This document shows positions 49,069 through 60,511 of a DNA stretch of 64,000 nt, one piece after another. The stretch comes from Marsupella aquatica (taxonomy: Eukaryota > Plantae > Marchantiophyta). Each line of letters starts with the position of its first letter. Position 1 is the first letter of the stretch. Made by a program: the position numbers and the translations under genes. The notes beneath the pieces are model-generated. The model worked only from the letters and a program-made list of their open reading frames with translations. It was not told the DNA's origin and ran no database searches. The stretch is taken from assembly GCA_973895155.1 (NCBI GenBank), contig OZ316897.1, positions 186,001-250,000 on the forward strand. The letters run 5' to 3'.

Positions 49069-52000
49069 TTACTCGGAAGACTCTTTGCTGTCCTCCGTAG
49101 ACCCATTATGTCGGGTTTCCTCTTTCCCACCGTCATTGACATCCTCAGGAACATCATCTTCTGGCGTCCCATCATCTTCGTCCGAATCAAAGTTGAGGAC
49201 AGATCTAAGTCTATCTTTCTTTTTTCGTCCGGTTATTTGAGGAGGGGGAGGTTGTGTCTCCAAAGGTTTGGGAGAAATGAGATCCAAAAAAATCCTTGAA
49301 GCGGTCTCAACAAACTCTCGATGATTTTCTAACCCGATCTCAAACCCGATGACAAAACGGCCCGAGTAATCCCCAGCAATGAACGTACTACCTAAGCAAC
49401 GGTCCAATCAATTATAATATCCTTAGGTATCGTAAAGAGTTCAAGGACAGTTTGCATAAAACCAACCGGTAGTCGAGAATTCCCAATAAAATGGAGTTCA
49501 GGACAATGATCTTCCTTCAAAGATTGTAGCCCAATAAGGTTCGAGATTGAAGGATCTTCAGTGCTAGATAACGGCTTGAATCTTGGATCCTTTGGGACCT
49601 TTCCTTTAAAAGAAACTCGACAAAATATATCCAGTCTAAGAGTGAAGACCTGCAAAAGTTGACAAACCAACTGGATTTTAAAAATCTCTTATTCATGAGA
49701 GAAGACCTCCTAAGAAAGAAAGAGTAGCGTCGGGCGCTAGTATAGCTATACTCAGAGAGAACATTTACCTGGACATCTGTCTTGTATCTGTACATTGGGA
49801 CAGACATGAAAACATTGTGCGTATTGATGCACATGAACTTCTTGGATTGCTGACGTGCAGAAATGACCTGGGAAATCTGATCGTGGTCATCCGAGTATAA
49901 GATAGCGAGCATGCCGTCATCGGAAAGGAAAGGGTCCATCGCCCGAAAAAATGATTCGGCTGCTGTGTGATCTGTGACATTCCATTTCGGGACCCGACGG
50001 TCAACAATTGTGGGTTTCAAACCAGTTGGGAGATAGATGAAACCCGCATTCACCCCAAATGATCGTTCCTTCCCACCTCGAATGATTCCTTTATCTCTAC
50101 ACCCCGATTTGATCAAATCCTTACCCCACTTCTCAATGTCTGAGACCCAATCTGGCTTCTCTTCCTTACTAAATGCACTATCAATGAATTTTGCCAAGCT
50201 TGATTCGACCATACAGTGTCTTCCAAGTTTGGTCTTGAAATTCCCCACATCCCGTTGGATACCGGCCCAAGAAGCATTATCTCGCGATGATTCCCAGGCA
50301 TCGATGGTCCTTTTCTTCTTCTTCTTTGTGCTTGTAGCATCCACAGGAACTATAACCTTCCCCTTCTCAACGGGGGTGATGGGGTCTGGATTGGCACCAG
50401 TGTTGGCCTCAGAGACTTCTGGTGTTGCATCGACTTTTGTGTCATCCATGGCGGCATCAGATTTTTGCCCACCTACCAAAAAATGGTGTCAAGCACAGAA
50501 AGAGTGTTAGTGCCAGGCGCTGACCAAACACCCACATTAATTTTGGGAAATAAAACATATTAAACTCACGACACATGATAGCAACAGGCGCTACCAAAGA
50601 AGGAAGTCGGAAGAAGGAGGTGTAGCTTACGTTTTTTCCCAGACTTGGCACTAGCACTTGCCACAGGGGCATCGCCTTGGCTTTGGCTCTTGGTTTTTTG
50701 GCTTCTATCAACATGAACCACAGTGGTTTCGCATTTTTTTTGCAACTCAGTCGTTGATGACTTGACGTCCCCCTCAATTCCTTGCTTCATGTCGAAGACA
50801 AATTGTCTCGGAACTTGGGATTTGGACAGTTTATGGAAAGCATCCTTCTCAGTGTCGTCAAAAGGAGAATCCCATCTATCGGTGTCAAGATACCAAGGGC
50901 AGTGAATTCTCTCCCACTCTGACAATTTCCTCGGTGGAAGTATACCCTCAGCGGGATACATCGAATACAGTTTGGCCAAAATATCTCCATCTGCACAGAT
51001 GACCCAATTCTGGAAAGCAGCTGGGTAAGCCCAAAAATAGTCAGGCTTCACAATCTCCATATGCATGAAGAAACGATAGACATATCGTTTTGCTCGCTTT
51101 TGATTCTTGAGTGTGTAGTCTTCCTTGTCCGAGTACTTGGACATTCACATCGTATTGAAAAACTTACCTTTCACTGCATCCCCAAATTTTTTGAAATCAT
51201 TGCACACTATTTCAACGAGTGAGTCATAATACTCACACTTCCATTCCTCCAATCGATTGGAAGGAATTATTTCACTGATTTGCTGGAGGGCAGTCTGCAA
51301 CATACCAATGGCAATTCCCTCCATGCTATTCCAAGTTTTCCAAGTGTGGCACCACTGCTTCATAGGGTCATCACTAACGCTTTGCGGATGAAAGAACTGC
51401 TTCCTGAGCTCTGGCGTGCAATGCGCTACTAACAAAGTGCTCCTCAATTTGGGGTCGAGGGCGGAGACTGCTGTAAATAACCTGGCACGATCCATGGTAC
51501 AGACAACCGCATCCAGTTTCTTCTCGCGTTTGTTCACCTCTGTCATCGGATACATCTCAGCACAAGTTGTCATGAAGTCTTCAAACTCTGGACTCAACAA
51601 GGGAGTGATCTTTGAGACCTTGATCGCCCAATCCTTCGTTGCTTCTTTCATCATGACCGCATGTCGTTTGGATGTCTCTTCTTGAGACCAAGGATTTCCC
51701 TGAGCGGTAGCCGACTCCAGGTCCATCTTGAATTGACGAGAATAGGATTTAATCTTATTCTCGCATAAGATATATAGAAGTGCTTCTTGAGGCATTTTCT
51801 TGGAATACCACGATCCTTTTCGAGTCTTTTGCATCACCTGCCCAAACTTCTTGAAGTTTGCCCCATCGATGATTGATTTGTATATTTTAGATCGTTGGAC
51901 AAAATCCTCTTAATTCGGTTGGCATCAAGTATCCAAGAAGGTTCCACCACGGCCTGTCCAAGTCTACAGAAGAATTTGTCAGTCAATAGCGCCAGGCGCT

Positions 52001-52804
52001 AATAAAAGAAATACTATGAAACATAAGGATAGGTGAAATTCAAAGAGAGACTTACTGGTTCATAGTATGCATAGCCGCCTCAATCTCAATCAAAGATCCC
52101 TTTTCACCCTTGAAAATAGTATATTGCACACGCGGGTGATACTTGCTATCTTCGGGATTTTCTTTCATAACAATCGACCATGCGTAAAGTCGATGGTTAC
52201 CGTAAAAAATGTAAAACATCTTATCTTGTAACACCATGAAGTCTGGATCGGCCGCACATTCAACTTCAAACTTCTTATTCTCGGCCACCCACATCGGGTC
52301 CCAGGTCGCTCGAATTTCTGCAGTACACGTCTGGACATTCCCATTTGAATCTGCCGGCTGGACATAGAACAACATTCCGATTTTTGAGTTATATCCTGTG
52401 CTACAAAAAGAGTCCTTCAACTTTTCAATTGAAGGACTTCCCTTCTGTAAGGCGCGGACAACTTCCATGTGAACCAAGCGGCACATTGGAATCCTTGGGG
52501 GGTCTTTGTCGTGCCCTCAAAAATCCTTGCCAAACACCATAACGTGCTTGGAGATAACGTCGGACATTGTCAACGACATTTCTCCTCGATCTTCCCCAGC
52601 GTATGTGTCGAGATCGTTCATCTTTGCTCTCCTGCTCTTTCGAAATGTGACTACCGCTATTTCGGGAGCTTGGGATGCTGTAGACCGTGTCACTCGACGA
52701 CTGTAAACAGATCCAAAAAATGAGCACTTGGATGTCTGGGAATGGATCTGCTCTCTCTGCCCGTTAGCACTATACCCATGCAAGGTGGTGGGGAGAGGGT
52801 CCAT
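49069..52804 (-). pseudogene. Element B cargo gene: ParB/Srx-like domain, helical region and beta-class DNA MTase-like domain
   Basis: IPMCRLVHMEVVRALQ..IEKLKDSF..GY..FYIFYGNHR; VNAGFIYLPTG..VPKWN..FFRAMDPFLSDDG; RLPVGFMQTVLELFTIPKDIIIDWTVA*..GSTFIAGDYSGRFVIGFE. Introns at about 51964-52054, 50474-50630 and 49650-49768; several stops. Confidence 0.8.
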
Positions 52805-53696
52805 GTTTCGCATACACAAAGTGCTTCACGATCGTGATGAGTACCTCATTCGTACCATACTTCTTCTAGAGAATTCTTGCACGAAGAACCTCCAAAATGG
52901 AACCTAAATACAACGGACAAGGGAGGTGGGGAGAGTATCATCTCTAAACTATCCCCTCGCTACATTGATATCTATTTACGACATTCTCTTGAGCGCCACT
53001 TGTCAATTCTGGATTAGTTGTTGGAATACCGTTGGCATATCTTCAACGTTACGCGACCTAACGTTACCGTTGAATATGACCATTAAAGAATAATTTGGTG
53101 ATTTTAATCTATATTCCTAGGTGAAATCTGATATTGGTCAATAGTAGCACCTGGCGCTACCCAAAACGCTCACTATTTAAACCCTAAGTCAGGACAACAT
53201 TGACCCTGAACTATAAAATAAAAAACAAAATGAATACAATTTTTGAATATTTTTCCTTAAATTAATATCATGATTACCGTTTCAGATTAGCGCTCGGCGC
53301 TAATATTAAATGTCCACATTTTGGTAAAATTTTAGATAATATTTGAAAAATAGCTACAAACATTTAGGATTTATTCTGAAACCCCGGATAAAATATTCCA
53401 GTTTAATAACACAATTTAGGGTGTGGGTTTGAGTAGCGCCTAGCGCTAAACATATATTGCACCATTTTGGGTCCATGTTGGGGTGAGGATGTTTGAGTAG
53501 CGCCCGACGCTACTCAATTACGATGATTTAATAAACATGATTATGGTGTTCAGAAATGGACATCTTAGGCTCATTAGTGTAAATATCGTTGACATAACGA
53601 CAAAAAACATTTATTGTGTCAGATGTGCTTTTGACCGGCAGTGATTCTGTCGTATTCTAACGGCTCTGACAAACGGATTATTCACTATGAATACCA

Positions 53697-56600
53697 TTGT
53701 GTACATTCGAAGACGTCATTCATTATTGTGAACTGAGTGTTTTGGGGTTGGATGATCTTACAATGTCGAGGTCAATCGTTCTGACGCGTCCGTCTACCGG
53801 TGACCTTGTATCCATTCCATTGTCGGCCAATGACGTATACAAGCAAGTTAGTGAGAATTATCTGTGTGGGCACTTTGGTTTAGATTTGAACGACATTGAG
53901 GACATTTTGGAGGAGGGAAACGGAGATGAAGCGTCTAATTTCACTGCTTCTTTTGATGTTGATGACGAGATTTGTTTTTGGCACCTGAATGCAGGAATTC
54001 GGTATTCTATTGTCATTCGAAAACCAGTAGCATCCAATCTCCCATCTTCATCCAAACCCTTTGTTGATGTTGTCTTGCTTTCAGATAGCGACGATGATGG
54101 ACCTTCTGGTTTGCCTGAGTCTAATGCTAAACCCCCTCACACAGTTGTTAAACAGGAGGTTACAGCAGTTTTTACCAAAAATTCCATTGTGTATCGGAGA
54201 AGTGCAATGGATACCATTCTCAAGTCAACTGGTTCCAGTGAAATCTCGAGGTTCATTGCGGCTGGGGACTTCTGCCATGAACAAGTCAACTGTTTGCCAA
54301 AGAAATACAATGGAAATATTGTATTCGAGTTGCCTCCTGTGACAGGAGCTCTTTCAAAGGGGTCACGTCTATGCGACATGGACCGGTCAAAGGATTGCTA
54401 CATCTGGACCAGAATATTTCCTACATCAGCTAATGTTCATCCCAAGAAATATTGGGAATTTGGTAAAGTAACGTGCACTGGTTCCATTGAGTGTAGGAAT
54501 AATACTTGCGACTATTTTTTACGGAAGAAAAGGAGGAACCAGAAGGCCTGGGGTGGAACCCCCAAACTTGGCGGGCAACATCGTGTTGGCTCCTTCATTG
54601 ACGAAGGTGGAGTTGTTTGCCAATTTTGTGATCAAGTTCCGTTTTGTGTCCAATCCTGTCCAGCAAGGTTATTTTACATGTACCCTCAGGTTCTAGTTGA
54701 CTCATAAAGCTGTACTCACATGTCCCGCTTGGCAATTCATATGGGGATCCACAACCATCCTTCAAGAAAGGTGTTTTCTCAGAGCGCAGAGAAGATTGTT
54801 GAGGAGGTTATCAAAAAGAAATTGGAAGGAAATCCAATTTTCAACCCTGCTGGTGTAAAAAATGTTGCGACAGGGTCCTTTGTAAAGTCCTTGTGTGAAA
54901 GTATGGAAGATATTCAAGATATGGAAGAAACAAAGATATTTGAGTCGCTCATGGTAGTTTCCACACCCCAGAAGTTTGTGTCCCTCTTTCGTAGTGTTAG
55001 ACAAGACCAGAAAGGTCGAGGTGAACTAGATTTTCTTGTTCGCTATCAAAGAAATATCAACATGCCTTTCCTCCAAAGGTACCTCCTACCAGGTCAAGGA
55101 TCTCAAGAAGACCGTCCTCACATATTCAAGATGACTTCAATCGGCCATGGATCAGGCGTCTATCTTTTGAGACAAATGCAACCTGGTGGAAGTCTCGAAG
55201 GTGCTTGGGTAAGTTTTGATGTGATGAAATGACTCACAAAAGACTAGGTTACTCTTAGTGCGCATATTTACAATCACAACTATCGCGCTCTATGTACCTT
55301 ATTTACCTGCGAACTAAAAGTAGAGGATACAGAGTCGTTCGAGAAGGCTTGGAGACTAATGATTGAGGTGTCCAAGGAGAATGGATTAGAAAATCCGATT
55401 ATTCATGGATTCATGGCGGACAATGCTCAAGCTGGTTGGCTGGCAGTCCGAAATGTCTTTTTTGGAGGACATCCAAACCCAGAGTGTGAGCGAACTAACG
55501 CATTCCATTTCTACCAAGCCTTCCATCGCCATTTAGTTGAAGGAGTGATTGAAGAGAGTCAAGCAGAGCATCGCAGGCTTTGGGATAAGATGCAAAATGC
55601 CCCCATGTTTGTAGAGGCTTACAGACTTTCAAGGGAGATTGATTTGTGGTGGCAGTCGGGTATCTGTGTCCCCGGGAAGCTCCGGATGCTCCAGAGTTGG
55701 ATTTCATGGTGGGTCGTCAGGTGGAGGCAATGGGGAAATTTTATTCGTTTGGTAAGTTGTTTTACTTTGCTTTCCGCTCTTTAGGTATTGCTTTGCTATA
55801 TTCTCATTACAAAATGTTTGTATCCATATTCAAATATTACAATACCATAGCATCCTTTAATACTAGCGCCTGGCGCTATCATTTATTCAAACTGTCAGAT
55901 GACACAATAGGACGCAATAAGTTATCCCTTAATGTACATTGCCAGTTTTGACTTCTAGGTACCGACTCCACTTCACTAGCGCCCGATGCTAGTGTTTTCT
56001 TGTTGCGTAACAGACAATTTATTCTATGTAATTGCAGAACAAGAGTGTCGAAGAAGGGGCTAAGATTCCTAATTGTACAGGATCAGAGTTCGTGCACGCA
56101 GGTATGAAAGCATGGGTAATGAAGAAAAAGGTTGGCCTCTTTGAGGCATGTGAAATGGACCAAAATCAAGCTATTTCTCAGGTTGCTGCTTACATTGCAT
56201 ATCGGAAAGGGTTGCATAGAGGAAAAGGTCCCACGATTTGGGAACTCGCTTTCCGATCAGCGGACCAGGCAGGCTCCCCCAAGTTGTATGAAGATGCAAT
56301 GAATATGCTACTGTCCAACGCTACCGAGTTTGACTTGGAGAGACGTGCACCTCTCAATGGAGACGTTGTCACCAAATCTTTGAAGAGGAAAGGACATGCA
56401 TCTGGGAGTATCTCGCCACAAGACTCCCATAGGCATGATAAAATCCTTGTCACCTCGCCCAATACTAGATCGATGAAAAGGAAGAATCTTAATCGCACGA
56501 CGTTTGATGCTATCCCTGGCCCCACGCCTCAAGTTAATCCTGTTGTTAATCTGTCTGGAAGTGACATTCCAGGCGGTGGAGAAGATGTCGATTTCAATAC

Positions 56601-57858
56601 CCCTCCTGCTCGAGACCGAACGCTTTCAACGAGGCTTCCCCAGACTGCTCCCTCCGTGCTTCAGCAACCGTTACAAGAGTGTCCTGTCCGTGAGACCGAG
56701 GTTGCTCCAGCTGCATGGCAATTACGTCGAACTTCAAAATTTGGCGCTGGTCCTCAATGCAACGGATCATTTTCCCATAATTTTGAAAGAGACGAGTGTC
56801 GCAATCGCGTGAAAAAAGTTGGATTTCCCTCACCACATGGTGTTATCGCTCGGGGGTTAACTAATTGTATATTTTGGGGTACCACGTGCAATCCTAACCT
56901 AATATAAATAGATCTATTTTATAAAGAAAATGTTCCAAGAATATTCTCCATTTTCAATATTAATAACCTATTTTATTTTATAAAAAGTATATATTAGAGA
57001 ATATTCTATAAACATGAGTTTATAATACCTTCTTTTGCCTCCTACGCTTTTTAAAAATTTAGTTAATTTATATCAAAAATACCTATTTTGGATCGCACGT
57101 GGTTCCTAAGATTTTTGATAGTCAACCCTCCGAGTGTTATCGGCATTGTTGTCAAAGGACAACGCATTTTCAGGGGGGAACCCATAACCAAAATGATTTG
57201 GTTTTGCCCAAACAATACATGTTACAGAAGCCGCCCGCGTCGAGGTGTATTGAACCTGCCCCCTTTCCCTGATGTTCTTCCCATTTTGAAAGGGACAAAT
57301 GTTTCGGAAGACGAGATGCAATATCTTCTTGACAACGGAATGTCCCTAGTGCGCGGAAATGAACGTACAACTAGACCCCCGTCAGATTTTGATCTTCAAA
57401 TCAATGTCAATATCTTTCCAGAAAATATGAATCTTCTCAAACCCAATGTTCGTCTCCGAAGCCGGAATGGGAGGAATACGGTTCCTCGGTCAAATCTTAC
57501 CCAGGGTCACATGAACAGAATTGCGTCTGCAAAAAAAGAGACGTTGTCCATTCAGGGAGAGTGGGATGTTGCGATTGGGAATGCATGGGGAAAGCAGTTT
57601 AAGGTGCAAACACACAAAAATATGCGGACGCCGAATTGTTACTTTGTTCAAATTTGCATTTTCCCCACTTGCTCTTGTGAGGATTTCTACCGGCGACATT
57701 CTCGGAAACATCCATATATGCCTTGCAAACATTTGTATTGGATTTTCCTTACCGTTTTCAAACTAGACGTTGAGGAATCTACATTGACCAGCCAACCAAT
57801 TCTCACTGTTGGAGAGGTTCGTCTCATATTAGAGAGGCAAAATGCTCATGGTTTATAG
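53697..57858 (+). pseudogene. Element B transposase: GCM/WRKY-like, MULE DDE and SWIM
   Basis: KVTCTGSIECRNNTC..CQFC..CPAR..HMGIHNH; WVSFDVM; GFMADNAQAG; NAFHF; CTGSEFVH; CSCEDF..CKH. Intron at 55752-56037; MITE at 56849-57134. Confidence 0.85.
56849..57134. mobile_element. MITE (286 bp) with about 45-bp imperfect TIRs
   Basis: Left end CTCGGGGGTTAACTA..CCACGTGCAATCC versus reverse complement of right end CTCGGAGGGTTGACTA..CCACGTGCGATCC. 8-bp TSD TGTTATCG; AT-rich core; excision restores PHGVIGIVVKG. Confidence 0.88.
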
Positions 57859-58451
57859 CATGAATCATGATGATCTAGGTTGTCCCATCGGTCCAAACGG
57901 TTATATTGATTTTGTCGTATGTCAACGGTATAGTGTTATTTATGTCGCGTCATATTTTGTTAGCGCCAGGCTCTGATAATTTTGTTGTTTAGGCTACACC
58001 GTTAAATATCATCGTGTTGTGCTTGATGTTCTCAACGCCAACTATTTGTTTCCTTAAATATCGGTAAGATAGTGCCAGGCGCTAGTCAAGACGTTGTTCG
58101 CTTTTATTTTGGACCATATAATACCATAAAGTTTTGGGCTGCGTTCATTTTGTATTATTTTCATATATTTTGTTGCCGATTGTGGTGGGAACTACCATTT
58201 TTGTGCGCATTCCTTGACATTTTTATGTATGCATCCCTTTGTTTGTGTTGGGATATGAGGTTCAATTATTATGTGGTTCAGCGATTCATGACAAGGTATC
58301 CTCCCTCACCGCAATGGACTAACTCCAACTTTAACAATTCTAAACTCCTGATAATGTGTTCTTTCCCCTGGTACAAGCTGTTTTTTCCTGCTAACAGCAT
58401 AAAGCAAACAGGAAAAGTATTTCCTATCTCGGTCGCTATACCCGTACTAGC

Positions 58452-58758
58452 TGCTCGACATGCAGCGAAGCAACAGGCAATTTCCAAGAAGCAGCATGAC
58501 AAAGGACTATGGAAGGTCAACGTTGTCACAGGAGATCTTGTCCTTTTGTACGATAGCAGGTACATGCAATTTCCGGGGAAGCTACATACTCGCTGGTTGG
58601 GACCTTCCCTAGTCAATCAGATTTACCCAAATGGGTCTATCAAACTAGCGACGTACGCCGACAATTTACTTCCCACGCGAGTTAGTTATGATCGTGTGAA
58701 GAAGTACCACCATCAAGATGATACGGCAGACAACGATGTTTGCGAGGACGCTTCATAG
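58452..58758 (+). pseudogene. Gypsy integrase C-terminus (GPY/F-type module, no chromodomain seen)
   Basis: GDLVLLYDSR..PGKLHTRWLGP..NGSIKL..VSYDRVKKY. Confidence 0.85.
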
Positions 58759-58760
58759 TT

Positions 58761-58770
58761 AAGTAGGGAG
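58761..58770 (+). promoter_or_regulatory. Polypurine tract preceding the 3' LTR
   Basis: AAGTAGGGAG just after the integrase stop and 3 nt before TGTGATGCC. Confidence 0.65.
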
Positions 58771-60511
58771 CTATGTGATGCCACCAGCACGGTCAGTAAT
58801 GAGTAATACGGTTTAACCCGTGTTACGTACGTATAAGTAGACTTAGTAGCCCGTAGTTGTTAGCATAACAACACGATTTAGCTGGTCATGATATTTAGGC
58901 CAATGTTTAGGATAGCATTTAGTAATAATGGGAATTCATGTTCGGGTTGGCGGTGCAACACCTGAAGTACCGCTGGATTAAGAGCAAGTTACAGAGGTCC
59001 GCGCCGGATCCGTATAACTGAGTCGGGGGCGGCCCACTGGCACGCTTTGACCCGGACCTGAGGAGTGGATAGTACACCTCAGTCGTGAGGAGCTTGGCCT
59101 ATCACAAGAGGGGGGGTCGATCCCTATCGACTCCCCCAAACGAGTATAAAAGGCGAGCTCTTCCCCGTTGTGGGCCACCAGTTCACTCCGCGCACCAGCC
59201 TTGATCCCAGCCTCTCTTGTTCTCCTTGGAGTGATCCTATGCGCTGCGCCTTATGTCTGTCACAGTTATGTCCAGCTTTGCCATTCATTTTTGGTTCCAA
59301 TTCTTACACATCGGGAACCATCTTGCAAAATTGCTAGCTGAACACACCAGCCAGATACAAAGCCAAGAGGGAGTACGAGAGGCTTATCCGTGCGAGCGCG
59401 CACTCGCACTACAACAACAACTTTGGCCTTCCATACAAACTCGAGTACCTACGAGACGAGGAGATTACCGAGCTCTTCTTTGACGGCCCAAAGTACCTTG
59501 GCTTCAAAGAAGCGCTCCTCCCGCTCCTAGACAAAGTCTTCAAGATCCCGGGCATGGTGGATCTACAACAACATCATTTTGACAGAATAGTTGCTCGAGT
59601 TCAGTCTCATCTCAACTCTCAGTTTAACACTACTCCGAGTCCGAGTGGGCCTTCATTGCTGACATCCCTCAGCTTCCCCTCCAAATTTCTCATACCAATG
59701 GCACGACCAATTCACCAGCCTGTGATGGGGTCCCCATCTCGAAAAGTCACCGTTAGGTGTTATTGGCAAGATGCATGTAAATAATAAGCCAATATACACA
59801 AGAGTTTTTTAATGTTTTTTAATTTCTTAAAAGTTAATCATCCCGGTGTGTGTTCATGTTGCTCTGGAGGGCCGGAGCTATTTGAACCCGGGAAGAACTA
59901 TTTTTTAATTGACCCTTTGCTCTCTTGGGTCTTGTCATTGTGGGAGAAGAAAATTGGGCATCGTAAGGGGATACCACCAATTAATATTTGGAGACCTTGA
60001 CAGTTTTTCTTGGCCCCGGTGTAGTAGTAGGGAGCCTGCGAGCCGCGGGGCACCAGGTGGAGGGCCCAGCATAGGGCTGCGTGCCTACAAGTTGGGAGGC
60101 AGCAGGCGCAAGATGGAGGGCCGCCCTGGGAGTAGCGAGCCCCGGCAGGAGGAGGCAAGCGGGAGTAAAAGCTCTCGTGAGTGGGGTAGTAGGCGCAAGG
60201 AGGAGGCCGCGAGCCGGGAGTACCTCACCCAAGTGCCGAAAGCAAATGCATTTTTTCCCCACACCTCATTGCCGAAAGCTCTCGACATATCTCCCCATTT
60301 TTTTTGAAGTATTCCCTTGACGCTTGGCTTGGAGAGCTATGAAATTTGATTGAGATCTTGTGACGATAGCAACAGTGGCAGCATTGGGTGACTTCTGGGA
60401 ATTGAGAGTGGTTCTTGATCGAGTGACAGGAGCCGTTCGGGCCAGGGTTTGAATTTTGCTACCGGATTTTGTGACAAGATTTCATGATCAAGGGATTTTT
60501 CCGGAGTATGG

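Larger units (their letters stand above)
48093..58084. repeat. Dispersed 15-bp palindrome TAGCGCC-N-GGCGCTA confined to non-coding DNA of element B
   Basis: Copies at 48093, 48443, 48566, 49725, 50508, 50579, 51987, 53145, 53288, 53434, 53498, 55864, 55977, 57961 and 58070. Confidence 0.9.
47550..58443. mobile_element. Element B: full-length (10.9 kb) non-TIR Mutator-like transposon with ParB/MTase-like cargo
   Basis: 8-bp TSD GTACTAGC (47542-47549, 58444-58451); excision restores integrase EEAWVLAARHAAKQQ. Termini AAGGTGTTT... and ...CTATACCC form no clear TIR. Confidence 0.88.
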
